From Limnochordia bacterium (GTDB lineage Bacteria; Bacillota; Limnochordia; Darwinibacteriales; DTU012), in contig SKJB01000019.1 in assembly GCA_007116145.1 (NCBI GenBank), forward strand, positions 10,868 to 74,867: a DNA stretch of 64,000 bases, written 5' to 3'. The notes beneath the pieces were generated by a model. That model was not told the DNA's origin and did not search any database. It was given only the letters and a program-made list of their open reading frames with translations. The position numbers and the translations under genes are program-made. This document shows positions 39,368-48,686 of this stretch, one piece after another. How positions within the stretch are numbered: position 1 is the stretch's first letter; the number at the start of each line of letters is the position of its first letter.

Positions 39368-41262
39368 TCCTTCAACATTAAACTGATAGGGGTAAGTAAG
39401 AATCCGTAAAACTCTCGACTACCTGCACCAGAGAGTTGCACAATCTGCTGAAATCCATTTCCTTGAAGTACACTCATAAGCCAAAGTTCATCTCCATAAT
39501 TATTCGCTGCGAGTTCTTTTAATACCGTTTCCTCAAGCAGTTGTCTTAACACATCCGGTGAATTACGATTTACAAGGAGGCTCTCTATCTTTGGTAATGC
39601 AGCGTTTAAGCTAGAGTGACCGAATCGATTACGTTCCATAATAAAAAATTGCTCCTGATAGGGTAAAACAGGACCAAGAACATACCACTTACCTTCATAA
39701 TGTAGATAGTTTTGATCAACAGAAAACTCGGATTGATTTGTAATCTTTAAGCGTAATAATTCGCCAGACTGCGCCACATCGATAAAGATCGGCAATTCAG
39801 CTACATAATGAGTCCGAAAACCAGCAACTCCCCACTCGGTCTCCGTATGTAACGGTATACTCACTGATTCGGGTCTTACAATCGTTGTTAACAGATTAAA
39901 CAACGAATCTGCATTCGGAGCCAGAGTTGTAATACTACCTTGGGTCCGGCGTAACGTTACCTCTGGATCTCCAACACCAGTAACTATTAACGTATGATAA
40001 CCCTCCACTATGGCACGATTGCTTAGAGGGTGCTTTTGAATAAATGCCACATCCATCATTAACCGATTTACACTCCGTTGCGTATCATTAAACACCAGTA
40101 GCAATGCCAAGAAAGAAACTCCATTAATAACGAGTAAACCAAAGACAAGCAATAAGACATTACGTTTGCGAACCTGGATACTATAAAACAAACCTATCAG
40201 TGCACAACTAAGCAGGATAATCATTATTATCAAAAAATAACGGGACGGTCCATGCCATACTCCACTTGCTAATATTTTTGCGGTGAGACCATCCATAGAA
40301 ACTGTAGCCGTCCTAGGCCACCTTTTCTGAGCGATCAATTCACCAAATAACCAGTGGCGCTGCTGATCGATGCGGAGCTGTGGAGCCTCAAGATCAAAGG
40401 CCAAAAAGTAAACATCACCATGTCCAATATGATTATGAATCACTAAGGGATGCTGTTCATATGCTAGCCAAATATGTGCCTCTTCTACCTGCGTCTGCCA
40501 GATTTCTAGTTGATTCACACTGTTTAGAAGCGGGTGTGTTAGGTTCTCAGATTCACTGAATGTGAGCGTTTGCTTGAGGCGGACTTCCATGGGAAATAGT
40601 CGACGAAACAATGGAGAACTGATCGATTGATACCCGCCTGAACCCGACCAAATAAGTGACTTCCCAGGTACTAACCAATTTAAGATAGCATCGACATGAG
40701 CACTACTCAGTGCATGTAAATCGGCATCATGCATAATAATGGTATCGATCGTTTGATAACCTAACCACTCCACAGGCAGATACCGAGGCTGTGAATAAAA
40801 AACTTGTGTTGGTAATTCATTTTGCCGCAGAAACTCAAATCCTGTTCCGTGATCACTAATAACTAATACCTGATTTGCTAATTGACCCTTATGATCTAGT
40901 TGTATTTGGTTCTCCCAATGCACAATATCGTTAGCTTCTACTCGAATCTGATAAGGCGATCCGCTATACCATACCACTGCTCTATATTGCCGTTTGGAAA
41001 AGGCTGGTATGGACAGTGGAATGCGATATTCCTCCTGCCTTTGCTGCGATCTGAGTATATTATAATGTGTTGTAGACAGCACGATTTCTCCTTGAAAGGG
41101 CAATTCTTCGCTACTAATTTCCATCCAAACTGGTATCCAACCGACACTTGCTTGGTTATGATCAAAGCCCATTTGTACATCAAGAGTTAATGCGTGAGTA
41201 ACAAAAGAAATAAAGCACAACAGCATCAAAGAGATTGCTAAAATACGTGCCGTTTTTTGCAT
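39364..41262 (-). CDS. Large secreted/membrane protein with a signal peptide plus internal TM segments, unknown function; first gene after htrA in the MoxR operon
   Basis: The likely true start is the internal Met (MQKTARILAISLMLLCFISFVTHA, signal peptide) preceded by an RBS AGGAG. The annotated upstream extension would overlap htrA by 83 nt. TM helices lie around residues 360-420 of the 667-aa ORF. Confidence 0.45.
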   Translation of the reverse strand: MQKTARILAISLMLLCFISFVTHALTLDVQMGFDHNQASVGWIPVWMEISSEELPFQGEIVLSTTHYNILRSQQRQEEYRIPLSIPAFSKRQYRAVVWYSGSPYQIRVEANDIVHWENQIQLDHKGQLANQVLVISDHGTGFEFLRQNELPTQVFYSQPRYLPVEWLGYQTIDTIIMHDADLHALSSAHVDAILNWLVPGKSLIWSGSGGYQSISSPLFRRLFPMEVRLKQTLTFSESENLTHPLLNSVNQLEIWQTQVEEAHIWLAYEQHPLVIHNHIGHGDVYFLAFDLEAPQLRIDQQRHWLFGELIAQKRWPRTATVSMDGLTAKILASGVWHGPSRYFLIIMIILLSCALIGLFYSIQVRKRNVLLLVFGLLVINGVSFLALLLVFNDTQRSVNRLMMDVAFIQKHPLSNRAIVEGYHTLIVTGVGDPEVTLRRTQGSITTLAPNADSLFNLLTTIVRPESVSIPLHTETEWGVAGFRTHYVAELPIFIDVAQSGELLRLKITNQSEFSVDQNYLHYEGKWYVLGPVLPYQEQFFIMERNRFGHSSLNAALPKIESLLVNRNSPDVLRQLLEETVLKELAANNYGDELWLMSVLQGNGFQQIVQLSGAGSREFYGFLLTPISLMLKE

Positions 41263-41284
41263 AGATACCACTCCTGTGCTGACA

Positions 41285-42322
41285 TTACGGTTGCGCATCA
41301 ATTTCGACAGTAATAGTGCTGCGATATCCGTCGCGCAGTATAATGATAAATACCGTTTCACCCACATCCATCTGACCTACCATGCTTGTAACTTCCTGCG
41401 GGCTCAGTATGCTGTGGCGATTGATTTCCACAATGATATCGCCGACTTTCATCCCCCCTATCTCTGCAGGGCTGCGCCGCATCACGCTTGTAACTAACGC
41501 TCCGCGAGTATGCGTCAACCCATACTCCGATGCAATCGTAGGTGTGATAGCTGCAACATCAACTCCAAGTCTCGGACGCAACACACGACCATAAGTAAGT
41601 AAGGATTCCATAATCGCTACTGCCCGATTTATCGGGATAGCAAAACCGATTCCTTGCGCGAAGGGAATAATTGCGGTATTAATCCCGATTACTTCCCCGG
41701 CTAAATTCACTAAGGGACCACCACTATTGCCTGGGTTAATGGCTGTGTCTGTCTGTAAGAAATCCTCATACACAGTGCCACCTGCTTCCATGGTTCTGTG
41801 CTTGGCACTGATAATCCCAGCTGTGACTGTGAGTTGGGTACCTAGATGCATGGCATACGGACTACCAAGAGCAATGACCCATTCACCGACCCGGATATTG
41901 TTCGAATCACCTAAATGGACAGTCGGCAGTGTATGTAAGTAAGGGTTTTCTGTTAGTTTTAGAATAGCAATATCGCTCTTAGCATCACCACCCACAAATA
42001 GTACATCGGGAATAGTCGTACCATCAGCGAGCGTCACCGTTATTTTCTTTGCTTGCTGTACCACATGGTTATTGGTTAAGATATAACCCGCTTCACTAAC
42101 GATAAACCCAGATCCAGTTGCAGTTCGGCTCTGACGACCACTTGGTTCCATTTCCACATGAATATTAACAATGGCTAAAGAAACTACATCCACAACATCG
42201 GCAATGGCATATCGACTTGTAGTGTTTAATTCTGCAAAAGCGCTACTTAACTGTACTCCCGTCATCAGAAAAATTACTAGGATTAGGATCCACCATTTCG
42301 ATTTCGGGTTTTGTAACCGCAT
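41285..42322 (-). CDS. htrA: HtrA/DegP-family serine protease (trypsin-like domain plus PDZ)
   Basis: The catalytic triad context is GSGFIVSEAGYILTNNHVV (His), DIAILKL (Asp) and TDTAINPGNSGGPLVN (Ser). An N-terminal TM/signal and a C-terminal PDZ (GDIIVEINRHSI) are present. Confidence 0.9.
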   Translation of the reverse strand: MRLQNPKSKWWILILVIFLMTGVQLSSAFAELNTTSRYAIADVVDVVSLAIVNIHVEMEPSGRQSRTATGSGFIVSEAGYILTNNHVVQQAKKITVTLADGTTIPDVLFVGGDAKSDIAILKLTENPYLHTLPTVHLGDSNNIRVGEWVIALGSPYAMHLGTQLTVTAGIISAKHRTMEAGGTVYEDFLQTDTAINPGNSGGPLVNLAGEVIGINTAIIPFAQGIGFAIPINRAVAIMESLLTYGRVLRPRLGVDVAAITPTIASEYGLTHTRGALVTSVMRRSPAEIGGMKVGDIIVEINRHSILSPQEVTSMVGQMDVGETVFIIILRDGYRSTITVEIDAQP

Positions 42323-42384
42323 CTCGGATAACCCTCCTTAATAAGAAGTATACTACACAATGATTTACTCTTCAACCTTCTATA

Positions 42385-42416
42385 TTGGAGCAAATTGAAC
42401 TGAATGAAAAAACCTA
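42385..42416 (-). terminator. Rho-independent terminator downstream of the UPF0210 gene
   Basis: The hairpin CTAGGAGATTTCCTAG is followed by a U-run on the minus-strand RNA. Confidence 0.65.
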
Positions 42417-42431
42417 GGAAATCTCCTAGAT

Positions 42432-43805
42432 TTAATTTCTGAGGCTGTGAATAGGAGCCGGGATCCGCCCACCGCGTTTGATAAAATCCACACTTGAAAA
42501 CTTACTCACGCTAAGAATGGGTGAACTGCCCAACAAACCGCCAAATTCAACCCAATCACCCACTATCTTATTGGGAACAGGAATAATCCGAACTGCGGTT
42601 GTTTTGTTATTTATCATACCAATCGCAGCTTCATCAGCGATGATGGCAGCTAATGTCTCTGCTGGTGTATCTCCAGGAACTGCTATCATATCAAGTCCTA
42701 CTGAACAGACGCAAGACATTGCCTCCAGCTTCTCAATATTGAGCGATCCTGTTTGAATCGCCTCAATCATACCTTCATCCTCACTGATAGGAATGAAAGC
42801 TCCACTGAGACCGCCTACATGAGAAGATGCCATGGTACCACCTTTTTTGACCGCATCATTTAGGAGCGCCAAGGCTGCTGTCGTTCCTGGTGCTCCGCAA
42901 CTCGCAATTCCCATCTCCTCAATAATTCGAGCTACACTATCACCAACAGCGGGTGTGGGTGCGAGCGATAAATCAATGATCCCAAAGGGCACGTTTAATC
43001 GCCTAGAAGCTTCTCGAGCCACTAACTGACCGACACGAGTTATCTTAAAGGCTGTTTTTTTCACCGTCTCCGCTAACACATCAAAACTCTCACCCCGCAC
43101 GGTTTCTAACGCTGCTTTCACTGTTCCCGGTCCACTGATCCCCACATTGATCACGCACTCCGGCTCGCCGATTCCGTGAAACGCGCCAGCCATAAAAGGA
43201 TTGTCTTCAGGAACGTTCGCAAATACCACCAGTTTTGCACAGCCTAGACCATCACTATCCGCTGTCAATTCAGCGGTTTTTTTTATGATCTCTCCAAGCT
43301 GAGCAACGGCATCCATATTGATTCCTGCCTTCGTCGTTGCCACGTTCACAGACGAACACACTCGTTCGGTGACAAATAGCGCCTCGGGAATTGCCTTTAA
43401 CAATCGATGATCCCCGTTGGTAAACCCTTTATGCACTAGAGCAGAGAACCCGCCGATGAAGTTAACGCCCACCTCTTTAGCAGCTTCATCAAGAGTTCGG
43501 GCAAAGGCTACATAGTCTTCATCCTCACTAGACTCTGCAATCATGGATATGGGAGTCACCGAAATCCGCTTATTAATTATGGGGATCCCATATTCGCGTT
43601 CAATCTGTTCACCCACTTGCACTAAATCCTTAGCATAGCGTGTAATCTTATCATACATTTTTTTGCGAGCTATCTCTCCATTACCATGACAGCAATCACG
43701 GAGTGAAATTCCCATTGTAATGGTGCGTATATCTAGTTTTTCTTTTTCGATCATCCGAAAGGTTTCTAACACTTCATAGGATTGTAACATAGATAACTCC
43801 TCCAA
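42432..43805 (-). CDS. UPF0210-family protein (DUF711)
   Basis: The 457-aa protein has the conserved N-terminus [26 protein letters not shown]. It has the usual ACT-domain UPF0237 partner immediately upstream with a 2-nt gap. Confidence 0.75.
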   Translation of the reverse strand: MEELSMLQSYEVLETFRMIEKEKLDIRTITMGISLRDCCHGNGEIARKKMYDKITRYAKDLVQVGEQIEREYGIPIINKRISVTPISMIAESSEDEDYVAFARTLDEAAKEVGVNFIGGFSALVHKGFTNGDHRLLKAIPEALFVTERVCSSVNVATTKAGINMDAVAQLGEIIKKTAELTADSDGLGCAKLVVFANVPEDNPFMAGAFHGIGEPECVINVGISGPGTVKAALETVRGESFDVLAETVKKTAFKITRVGQLVAREASRRLNVPFGIIDLSLAPTPAVGDSVARIIEEMGIASCGAPGTTAALALLNDAVKKGGTMASSHVGGLSGAFIPISEDEGMIEAIQTGSLNIEKLEAMSCVCSVGLDMIAVPGDTPAETLAAIIADEAAIGMINNKTTAVRIIPVPNKIVGDWVEFGGLLGSSPILSVSKFSSVDFIKRGGRIPAPIHSLRN

Positions 43806-43807
43806 CG

Positions 43808-44077
43808 CTAAATTCGGTGCATGGACTTAAAAATGTCTTCATGTTGAATCTTGATCGAAACCCCCAAGGATTCCCCTTCAAGAGTTAAGCTATCACGCAG
43901 TTCATCTAGGGATAATTTAATATCTGCTAAATCCACGAGCATCATCATGGTAAAATACTCCTGTAAAATAGTTTGACTAATATCTAAAATGTTTGCATCT
44001 GCTTCAGCTAACACTGTACTCACCCGGGCAATAATCCCAGTTCTATCCTGACCAATCACAGTTATAATTGCTTTCAT
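43808..44077 (-). CDS. ACT-domain protein, UPF0237 family
   Basis: The sequence [38 protein letters not shown] is an ACT fold; 89 aa. Confidence 0.8.
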   Translation of the reverse strand: MKAIITVIGQDRTGIIARVSTVLAEADANILDISQTILQEYFTMMMLVDLADIKLSLDELRDSLTLEGESLGVSIKIQHEDIFKSMHRI

Positions 44078-44193
44078 TGCATAACGCTCCTTGATTTTTT
44101 TACGATTATATCACACTTTTCCTCAAAGAAATATAGAAATCTGCAAACTTAACAAAAATACTGCCTGAACATAACCCAGACAGTATTTACGCA

Positions 44194-44574
44194 CTACTTG
44201 TACTCCAATAATTCAATCTCATAATTATCTGGATCTGTGATAAAGGCCATCTTTTTCCCAGCAGAAATGACCTCTCGCCAATTTTCTGGCCAAATATCCA
44301 ATCCCTTTTTTTCGAGTTCATCACAACAAGCAAATAAATCTGGCACACTGATGGCAAAGTGCAGTAAATCTTCCTGGACGCTGAGTTCATAATTAGCAGA
44401 CCAAGTAAACTCGATGGTATGCTCATTTCCTGGAAGCTCTAAATGGCAAATCTGATTACCAGCCGGTGATTTATCGGAACGACTCTTCACCCTAAACCCT
44501 AAGTTATCACTGTACCAAGCAATGGATTTGTCTAAGTCACTCACACGAACTCGCGTATGTAATAATTTGTACAT
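44194..44574 (-). CDS. VOC-family (glyoxalase I / lactoylglutathione lyase-like) protein
   Basis: The sequence LHTRVRVSDLDKSIAWYSDNLGF...HLEL...EF carries metal ligands H/E in the usual positions; 126 aa. Confidence 0.75.
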   Translation of the reverse strand: MYKLLHTRVRVSDLDKSIAWYSDNLGFRVKSRSDKSPAGNQICHLELPGNEHTIEFTWSANYELSVQEDLLHFAISVPDLFACCDELEKKGLDIWPENWREVISAGKKMAFITDPDNYEIELLEYK

Positions 44575-44740
44575 ACTCTCTCTCCTTTGAAAACCTTTTT
44601 TCTTATTACTTCATCTTATTACTTCATGATTGTAAGGATGAATACCTTTTATTGCTGGAAAATAATCAAAAGAAGACCAAGCAGCGAGCGCCTAGTCTTC
44701 TTATTCCACATGCACTTAAGGCCGATTATTTGTACGTTTC

Positions 44741-45589
44741 TTAGTCAATCCACCCTTGCACAACATCCTCATTATCAAGTACCCATTGGCGAGCCAACTC
44801 TAACTCACTACCACTACCTTCACGCACTATATTCATCATTTCGTGTAATTGTGCTTGTGTCAGTTTATAACGAGCCATAAAACTACTTACTGCTGGATCA
44901 AAGTCCGCAAAGAATCCTTTACGTAAAACTGTCTGGATATTCTCAGAACCTCCATAGACATTATGAGGATCCTCTAAGAATTTGAGATCCCACACATCAA
45001 ACTTCCAATGAGGAACCCAGCCTGTGACAACAATCCATTCATCATTTCTTATGGCTTGACCTAGCTGAATAACCATTGCTGCGTCACTTGAATCCATAAC
45101 ATTAAAATTTAAACCATAGATATCCAGAGCCGCATCTGTTGCAGCCATAAGTCCTGCACCAGGATCAATACCGTAGATCATATTCCTAAACTTTCTACTG
45201 TTATCGTTTAGCTCTGTAATACTATCAATGTCAACATACTGGGGTACAACCAAACCAATTTTTCCGCCTTCAAAGTTTGCTCCTACATTAATGAGATCCT
45301 TACCGTATTCTTCCCAGTAGAATCCGTGAGTAACAGGTAACCATGCAGCTAAAAATGCATCAAGATCACCTTGTGATAATCCCGCCCATAGTATTCCAAC
45401 ATCCACCGACATTAGTTCAACCTCTAGATCAAAGTATTCCTCTAACACTGCTGCTGCAATGTGAGTTTGGCTAATCGCACAATCCCATTCCACATAGCCA
45501 AGTGTTATATCTGCAGCTGCAACTCCTGCAGGTATTGCTAACAACAGTACCAAAGCAAAAACGAAAATCGACCTCTTTTTTTGTAACAA
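44741..45589 (-). CDS. opuAC: Glycine betaine/proline ABC transporter substrate-binding lipoprotein
   Basis: The 282-aa protein has a signal peptide and Trp-box residues (WLPVTHGFYWEEY). It is the last gene of the opuA-type operon. Confidence 0.8.
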   Translation of the reverse strand: MLQKKRSIFVFALVLLLAIPAGVAAADITLGYVEWDCAISQTHIAAAVLEEYFDLEVELMSVDVGILWAGLSQGDLDAFLAAWLPVTHGFYWEEYGKDLINVGANFEGGKIGLVVPQYVDIDSITELNDNSRKFRNMIYGIDPGAGLMAATDAALDIYGLNFNVMDSSDAAMVIQLGQAIRNDEWIVVTGWVPHWKFDVWDLKFLEDPHNVYGGSENIQTVLRKGFFADFDPAVSSFMARYKLTQAQLHEMMNIVREGSGSELELARQWVLDNEDVVQGWID

Positions 45590-45601
45590 CTAAATCGCTC
45601 C

Positions 45602-46438
45602 TTAAAATTCTTGTTTTTTCTTTCCTAATCCCTGGGTAATTCGATCTAAAAAGATAGCTAGAATTACCACCGCTAAGCCACTTTCAAAACCTAGGCCTAT
45701 ATTGACTCTCTGTACTCCTCTGAGTACCATTGAACCGAGTCCACCAGCTCCAATCATGGCTGCAATTACCACCATCGAAAGTGCAAGCATAATAGACTGG
45801 TTCACCCCCGCCATAATCGTAGTTAATGCATGTGGAAGTTCAACTTTAACTAGCAATTGGTATGGAGTACAACCAAAAGCATGACCGGCCTCAACTAAGT
45901 CATTTGGAACTTGCTTTATACCTAACGATGTGAGTCTAATCATCGGGGGCATTGAAAAAATAATTGTTGCCATTACGCCTGGAACTCGTCCTAAAGAAAA
46001 AAACATAACGGCTGGTATTAAGTAGACAAAAGCAGGCATTGTCTGCATTAAATCAAGAACAGGACGCACACTATTATCAAGTCCTTTATGTTTTGCAATA
46101 ATAATTCCTAAAGGTAAACCAACCAGTAAAGTAATAATTTCGGCTGTCAAAACCAAGGATAAGGTCTGCATAGCTGGTTGCCACAAACCAATATTATTGA
46201 CCAATAAGAACCCAATAATCGCAAATAGAGCTACTCCCTTGCCTGCCAATTTCCAGGCAATTAGTGCTGTAATCACCACAAAAACAATGAATGGAATGCC
46301 TAGCAATACGCTTTCTATGCCCATGACAGTCGCGTACACAACATCATTAATCCAATCAAATACAAAACCAACATGCTCTTGGAGTCCATCTACTAAGCTG
46401 TCAACATGTTGCCCAATAGGAATACGAAATCCATCCAT
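45602..46438 (-). CDS. opuAB: Glycine betaine/proline ABC transporter permease
   Basis: The 278-aa protein has 6 TM helices and an EAA-like loop (LVEAGHAFGCTPYQLLVKVELP). It overlaps opuAA by 1 nt. Confidence 0.85.
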   Translation of the reverse strand: MDGFRIPIGQHVDSLVDGLQEHVGFVFDWINDVVYATVMGIESVLLGIPFIVFVVITALIAWKLAGKGVALFAIIGFLLVNNIGLWQPAMQTLSLVLTAEIITLLVGLPLGIIIAKHKGLDNSVRPVLDLMQTMPAFVYLIPAVMFFSLGRVPGVMATIIFSMPPMIRLTSLGIKQVPNDLVEAGHAFGCTPYQLLVKVELPHALTTIMAGVNQSIMLALSMVVIAAMIGAGGLGSMVLRGVQRVNIGLGFESGLAVVILAIFLDRITQGLGKKKQEF

Positions 46439-47628
46439 TAAATGACCCCCCTTCGAGCTAAAGCAGCCAGCATGTGACTGCGGGCGATAACGCCAACTAG
46501 CTTCTGATCTTCGTCTACCACAGCCAAAGGAAAGGCGGTATCACTAGACATCTCTAATAATGAACGAAGAGGTGTACTCAGGAGAGTTTGAGAAACTTCA
46601 TGTACAGGTATATCTTTAATCGATAAACCTTCTTTCTTGGCTCGAACTAAGTCTTCTGGATGTAATCCACCAACCACTCGATGCGTACCGTCGACCACAA
46701 GAATACTCGATAACCCATGTTTATCAATTTTGCGCAGTATTACATTGACACCGTCTTTTTCCAACAGCGCAACGGCTAATGGTTTGTGCATCACACTCTC
46801 GGCAATCAGAATCTTACTCCGATCCACGTCTTCTGTAAACTTAACCACATACTCATCTTCCGGATTATTGAGAATCTCTTCCGCTGTGCCGAGTTGTACA
46901 ACCCAACCGTCTTTCATAATCGCAATCCGATCGCCTAGACTCAGTGCTTCATCTAGATCATGGGTAATGAAGATAATGGTTTTATTCATTTTCTCTTGTA
47001 AACGTAACAACTCTTCTTGCATCTCTTTGCGGATTAACGGATCTAGCGCACTAAACGGTTCATCCATTAACAATATGTCTGGATCAAGAGCCAAGGCACG
47101 TGCTAAACCGACCCTTTGTTGCATACCACCCGATAACTCACTTGGATATTGGTTTTCCCAGCCATCTAAACCTACTAGTTCAATTGTCTCTTGTGCGATT
47201 TTCTGCCTTGCATCCTTCTCTACTCCTCGAATCTCAAGACCAAATGCAACATTATCCAAAATGGTTCGATTGGGGTACAAGGCAAAATTTTGAAACACCA
47301 TGCCAATTTTCGTCCGCCGAAACTCTCGCAATGCAGGACGAGTCATTGCTGTAATATCCTCACCATCAATGACAATCTTACCCGCTGTAGGCTCATGTAA
47401 GCGATTTAAACAGCGTAGCAGCGTGGATTTACCACTACCAGACAGACCCATTACCACAAAAATCTCTCCTGCATCCACATGAAAGCTGACATCCGCTACA
47501 CCAATGGTTAGTTTTGCAGAACTCAATATTTCATCCTTTGCCACACCTTGCTGCAGAAGCTCAACACCGCGACTTGGATTTTTACCGAATATTTTGACTA
47601 AATTTTCCACTACTACTTTATGATCCAT
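46438..47628 (-). CDS. opuAA: Glycine betaine/proline ABC transporter ATP-binding protein with tandem C-terminal CBS domains
   Basis: Walker A is GLSGSGKST, the signature is LSGGMQQRVGLARAL, and Walker B is LLMDEPFSALD, followed by a CBS pair. The start is taken as ATG at 47628 (MDHKVVV...) preceded by GGAGGA; the 12-codon extension in the ORF track is unlikely. Confidence 0.9.
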   Translation of the reverse strand: MDHKVVVENLVKIFGKNPSRGVELLQQGVAKDEILSSAKLTIGVADVSFHVDAGEIFVVMGLSGSGKSTLLRCLNRLHEPTAGKIVIDGEDITAMTRPALREFRRTKIGMVFQNFALYPNRTILDNVAFGLEIRGVEKDARQKIAQETIELVGLDGWENQYPSELSGGMQQRVGLARALALDPDILLMDEPFSALDPLIRKEMQEELLRLQEKMNKTIIFITHDLDEALSLGDRIAIMKDGWVVQLGTAEEILNNPEDEYVVKFTEDVDRSKILIAESVMHKPLAVALLEKDGVNVILRKIDKHGLSSILVVDGTHRVVGGLHPEDLVRAKKEGLSIKDIPVHEVSQTLLSTPLRSLLEMSSDTAFPLAVVDEDQKLVGVIARSHMLAALARRGVI

Positions 47629-47845
47629 ATAGTATCCTCCAAACAATCTACTTTTCTGCCACACCTAACATCATATCACACTGGTATTTAAATCACAAAC
47701 TGCAAGACTCAATTTGACTGCAATTCTCATACACTCAGCTAGATTGTACGAAAATTAACGTACAGCAGTGGCGGATCGCTAGATGATGCTCGTTTATCAT
47801 AGCAAAGACAGTTGCAGATCTTGCTATGTTCTGCTAAACTATGAA

Positions 47846-47960
47846 TCGTGGGAGAGTAGATGGCACGCGTGTTAGTGCTTAAGGATGGGACGTTGCCTTA
47901 AGACGAAGTGCTTTGTTTATCGAGCTGCGGTGTGTCCATCGCGTCCGCTGGCACCAAAGA
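47846..47960 (+). promoter_or_regulatory. THF (tetrahydrofolate) riboswitch aptamer upstream of folT
   Basis: GGGAGAGUAGAUGGCACGCGUGUUAGUGCUUAAGGAUGGGACGUUGCC...GACGAAGUG...GCUGCGGUG...CAUCGCGUCCGCUGG aligns block-for-block with the THF riboswitch (GGAGAGUAGAUG..CGCGUUAAGUG..GAAUGGGAUGUCGUC..ACGAAGCG..GCGCGGUG..CAUUGCAUCCGCUCC). A hairpin CCAAAGAG-UCCUUUU-CUCUUUGG follows at 47954-47977; its strand could sequester the AAAGGAGG RBS. Confidence 0.8.
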
Positions 47961-48018
47961 GTCCTTTTCTCTTTGGTTACAGGCATCTGCCCTAACCATA
48001 GAGAAAGGAGGTGTAAAC

Positions 48019-48561
48019 GTGAAAAAATATACAACTAGAGAGCTGGTTTATCTGGCTTCTTTGGTTTCACTAAGTGTCGTTTTAACCCGCGTGTTAAGCT
48101 TACGAATTGCTATCGGTAGTGTAGATGCAATTCGCATTGGGTTTGGGGCGCTGCCGCTAATACTAGCTGGTATTACCTTAGGACCAGTAGCAGGAGGGAT
48201 TGTTGGTGCAATTGCTGATGTTGTCGGGTATGTGATAAATCCAATGGGCGCGTATATGCCCCATTTTACACTGACATCTGCTCTTACCGGATTACTGCCA
48301 GGCTTTGTAGTTTTCTACATGCTTCGTGGCAATCAAACGTACTGGGCATTAATCTGCGCCATCACTTTTGGTCAGCTTATATCATCGATCATCCTCGTAC
48401 CATACTTTTTGCAAAGCTTGTTTGGTATACCAATCCAAGCCACACTCCTACCAAGAATTGTGGCCCAGGTGATCCAAGTTCCTATCTATGCGTGTCTATT
48501 ACGAACGCTGTTAAGCTACTCACCGATGAGGATTACACGAGCAACAAAGCCAGTGTCGTAA
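48019..48561 (+). CDS. folT: ECF-transporter S component, folate family (FolT-like)
   Basis: The sequence V(M)KKYTTRELVYLASLVSLSVVLTRVLSLRI... has 5-6 TM helices and about 180 aa. A GTG start at 48019 follows an AAAGGAGG RBS. It sits immediately downstream of the THF riboswitch, and a terminator hairpin lies at 48572-48610. Confidence 0.75.
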   Translation: MKKYTTRELVYLASLVSLSVVLTRVLSLRIAIGSVDAIRIGFGALPLILAGITLGPVAGGIVGAIADVVGYVINPMGAYMPHFTLTSALTGLLPGFVVFYMLRGNQTYWALICAITFGQLISSIILVPYFLQSLFGIPIQATLLPRIVAQVIQVPIYACLLRTLLSYSPMRITRATKPVS

Positions 48562-48633
48562 TTTTAGCCAACCAAAACCGACCGAAAGATAATGGGCGGT
48601 TTTGGTTTACTATAGTCTAAAAGTGTGCAACCT

Positions 48634-48663
48634 TGACCCCAAAGCGATAAAAGTGGTATAATT
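48634..48663 (+). promoter_or_regulatory. Sigma-A-type promoter for the HAD phosphatase gene
   Basis: TTGACC, an 18-nt spacer and TATAAT lie about 25 nt upstream of the RBS AGAGGAGGG and the TTG start. Confidence 0.6.
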
Positions 48664-48686
48664 ACCTTGAAAGAGGAGGGACTCTA

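Noticed and set aside
41263-41367. Upstream extension of the 667-aa ORF overlapping htrA by 83 nt
   Set aside because: The internal Met gives a textbook signal peptide and has its own RBS. A long out-of-frame overlap with htrA is unlikely.
46637-47293. 218-aa plus-strand ORF, and several 60-85-aa ORFs, inside and antisense to opuAA
   Set aside because: It is embedded opposite a well-supported ABC ATPase gene, is Ser/Arg/Thr-rich and of low complexity, and has no RBS. I treat it as a typical antisense artefact.
47908-48018. N-terminal extension of the folT ORF (track start at 47908)
   Set aside because: The extension would run through the THF riboswitch aptamer. The GTG at 48019 has a proper AAAGGAGG RBS and gives a typical ECF-S length.
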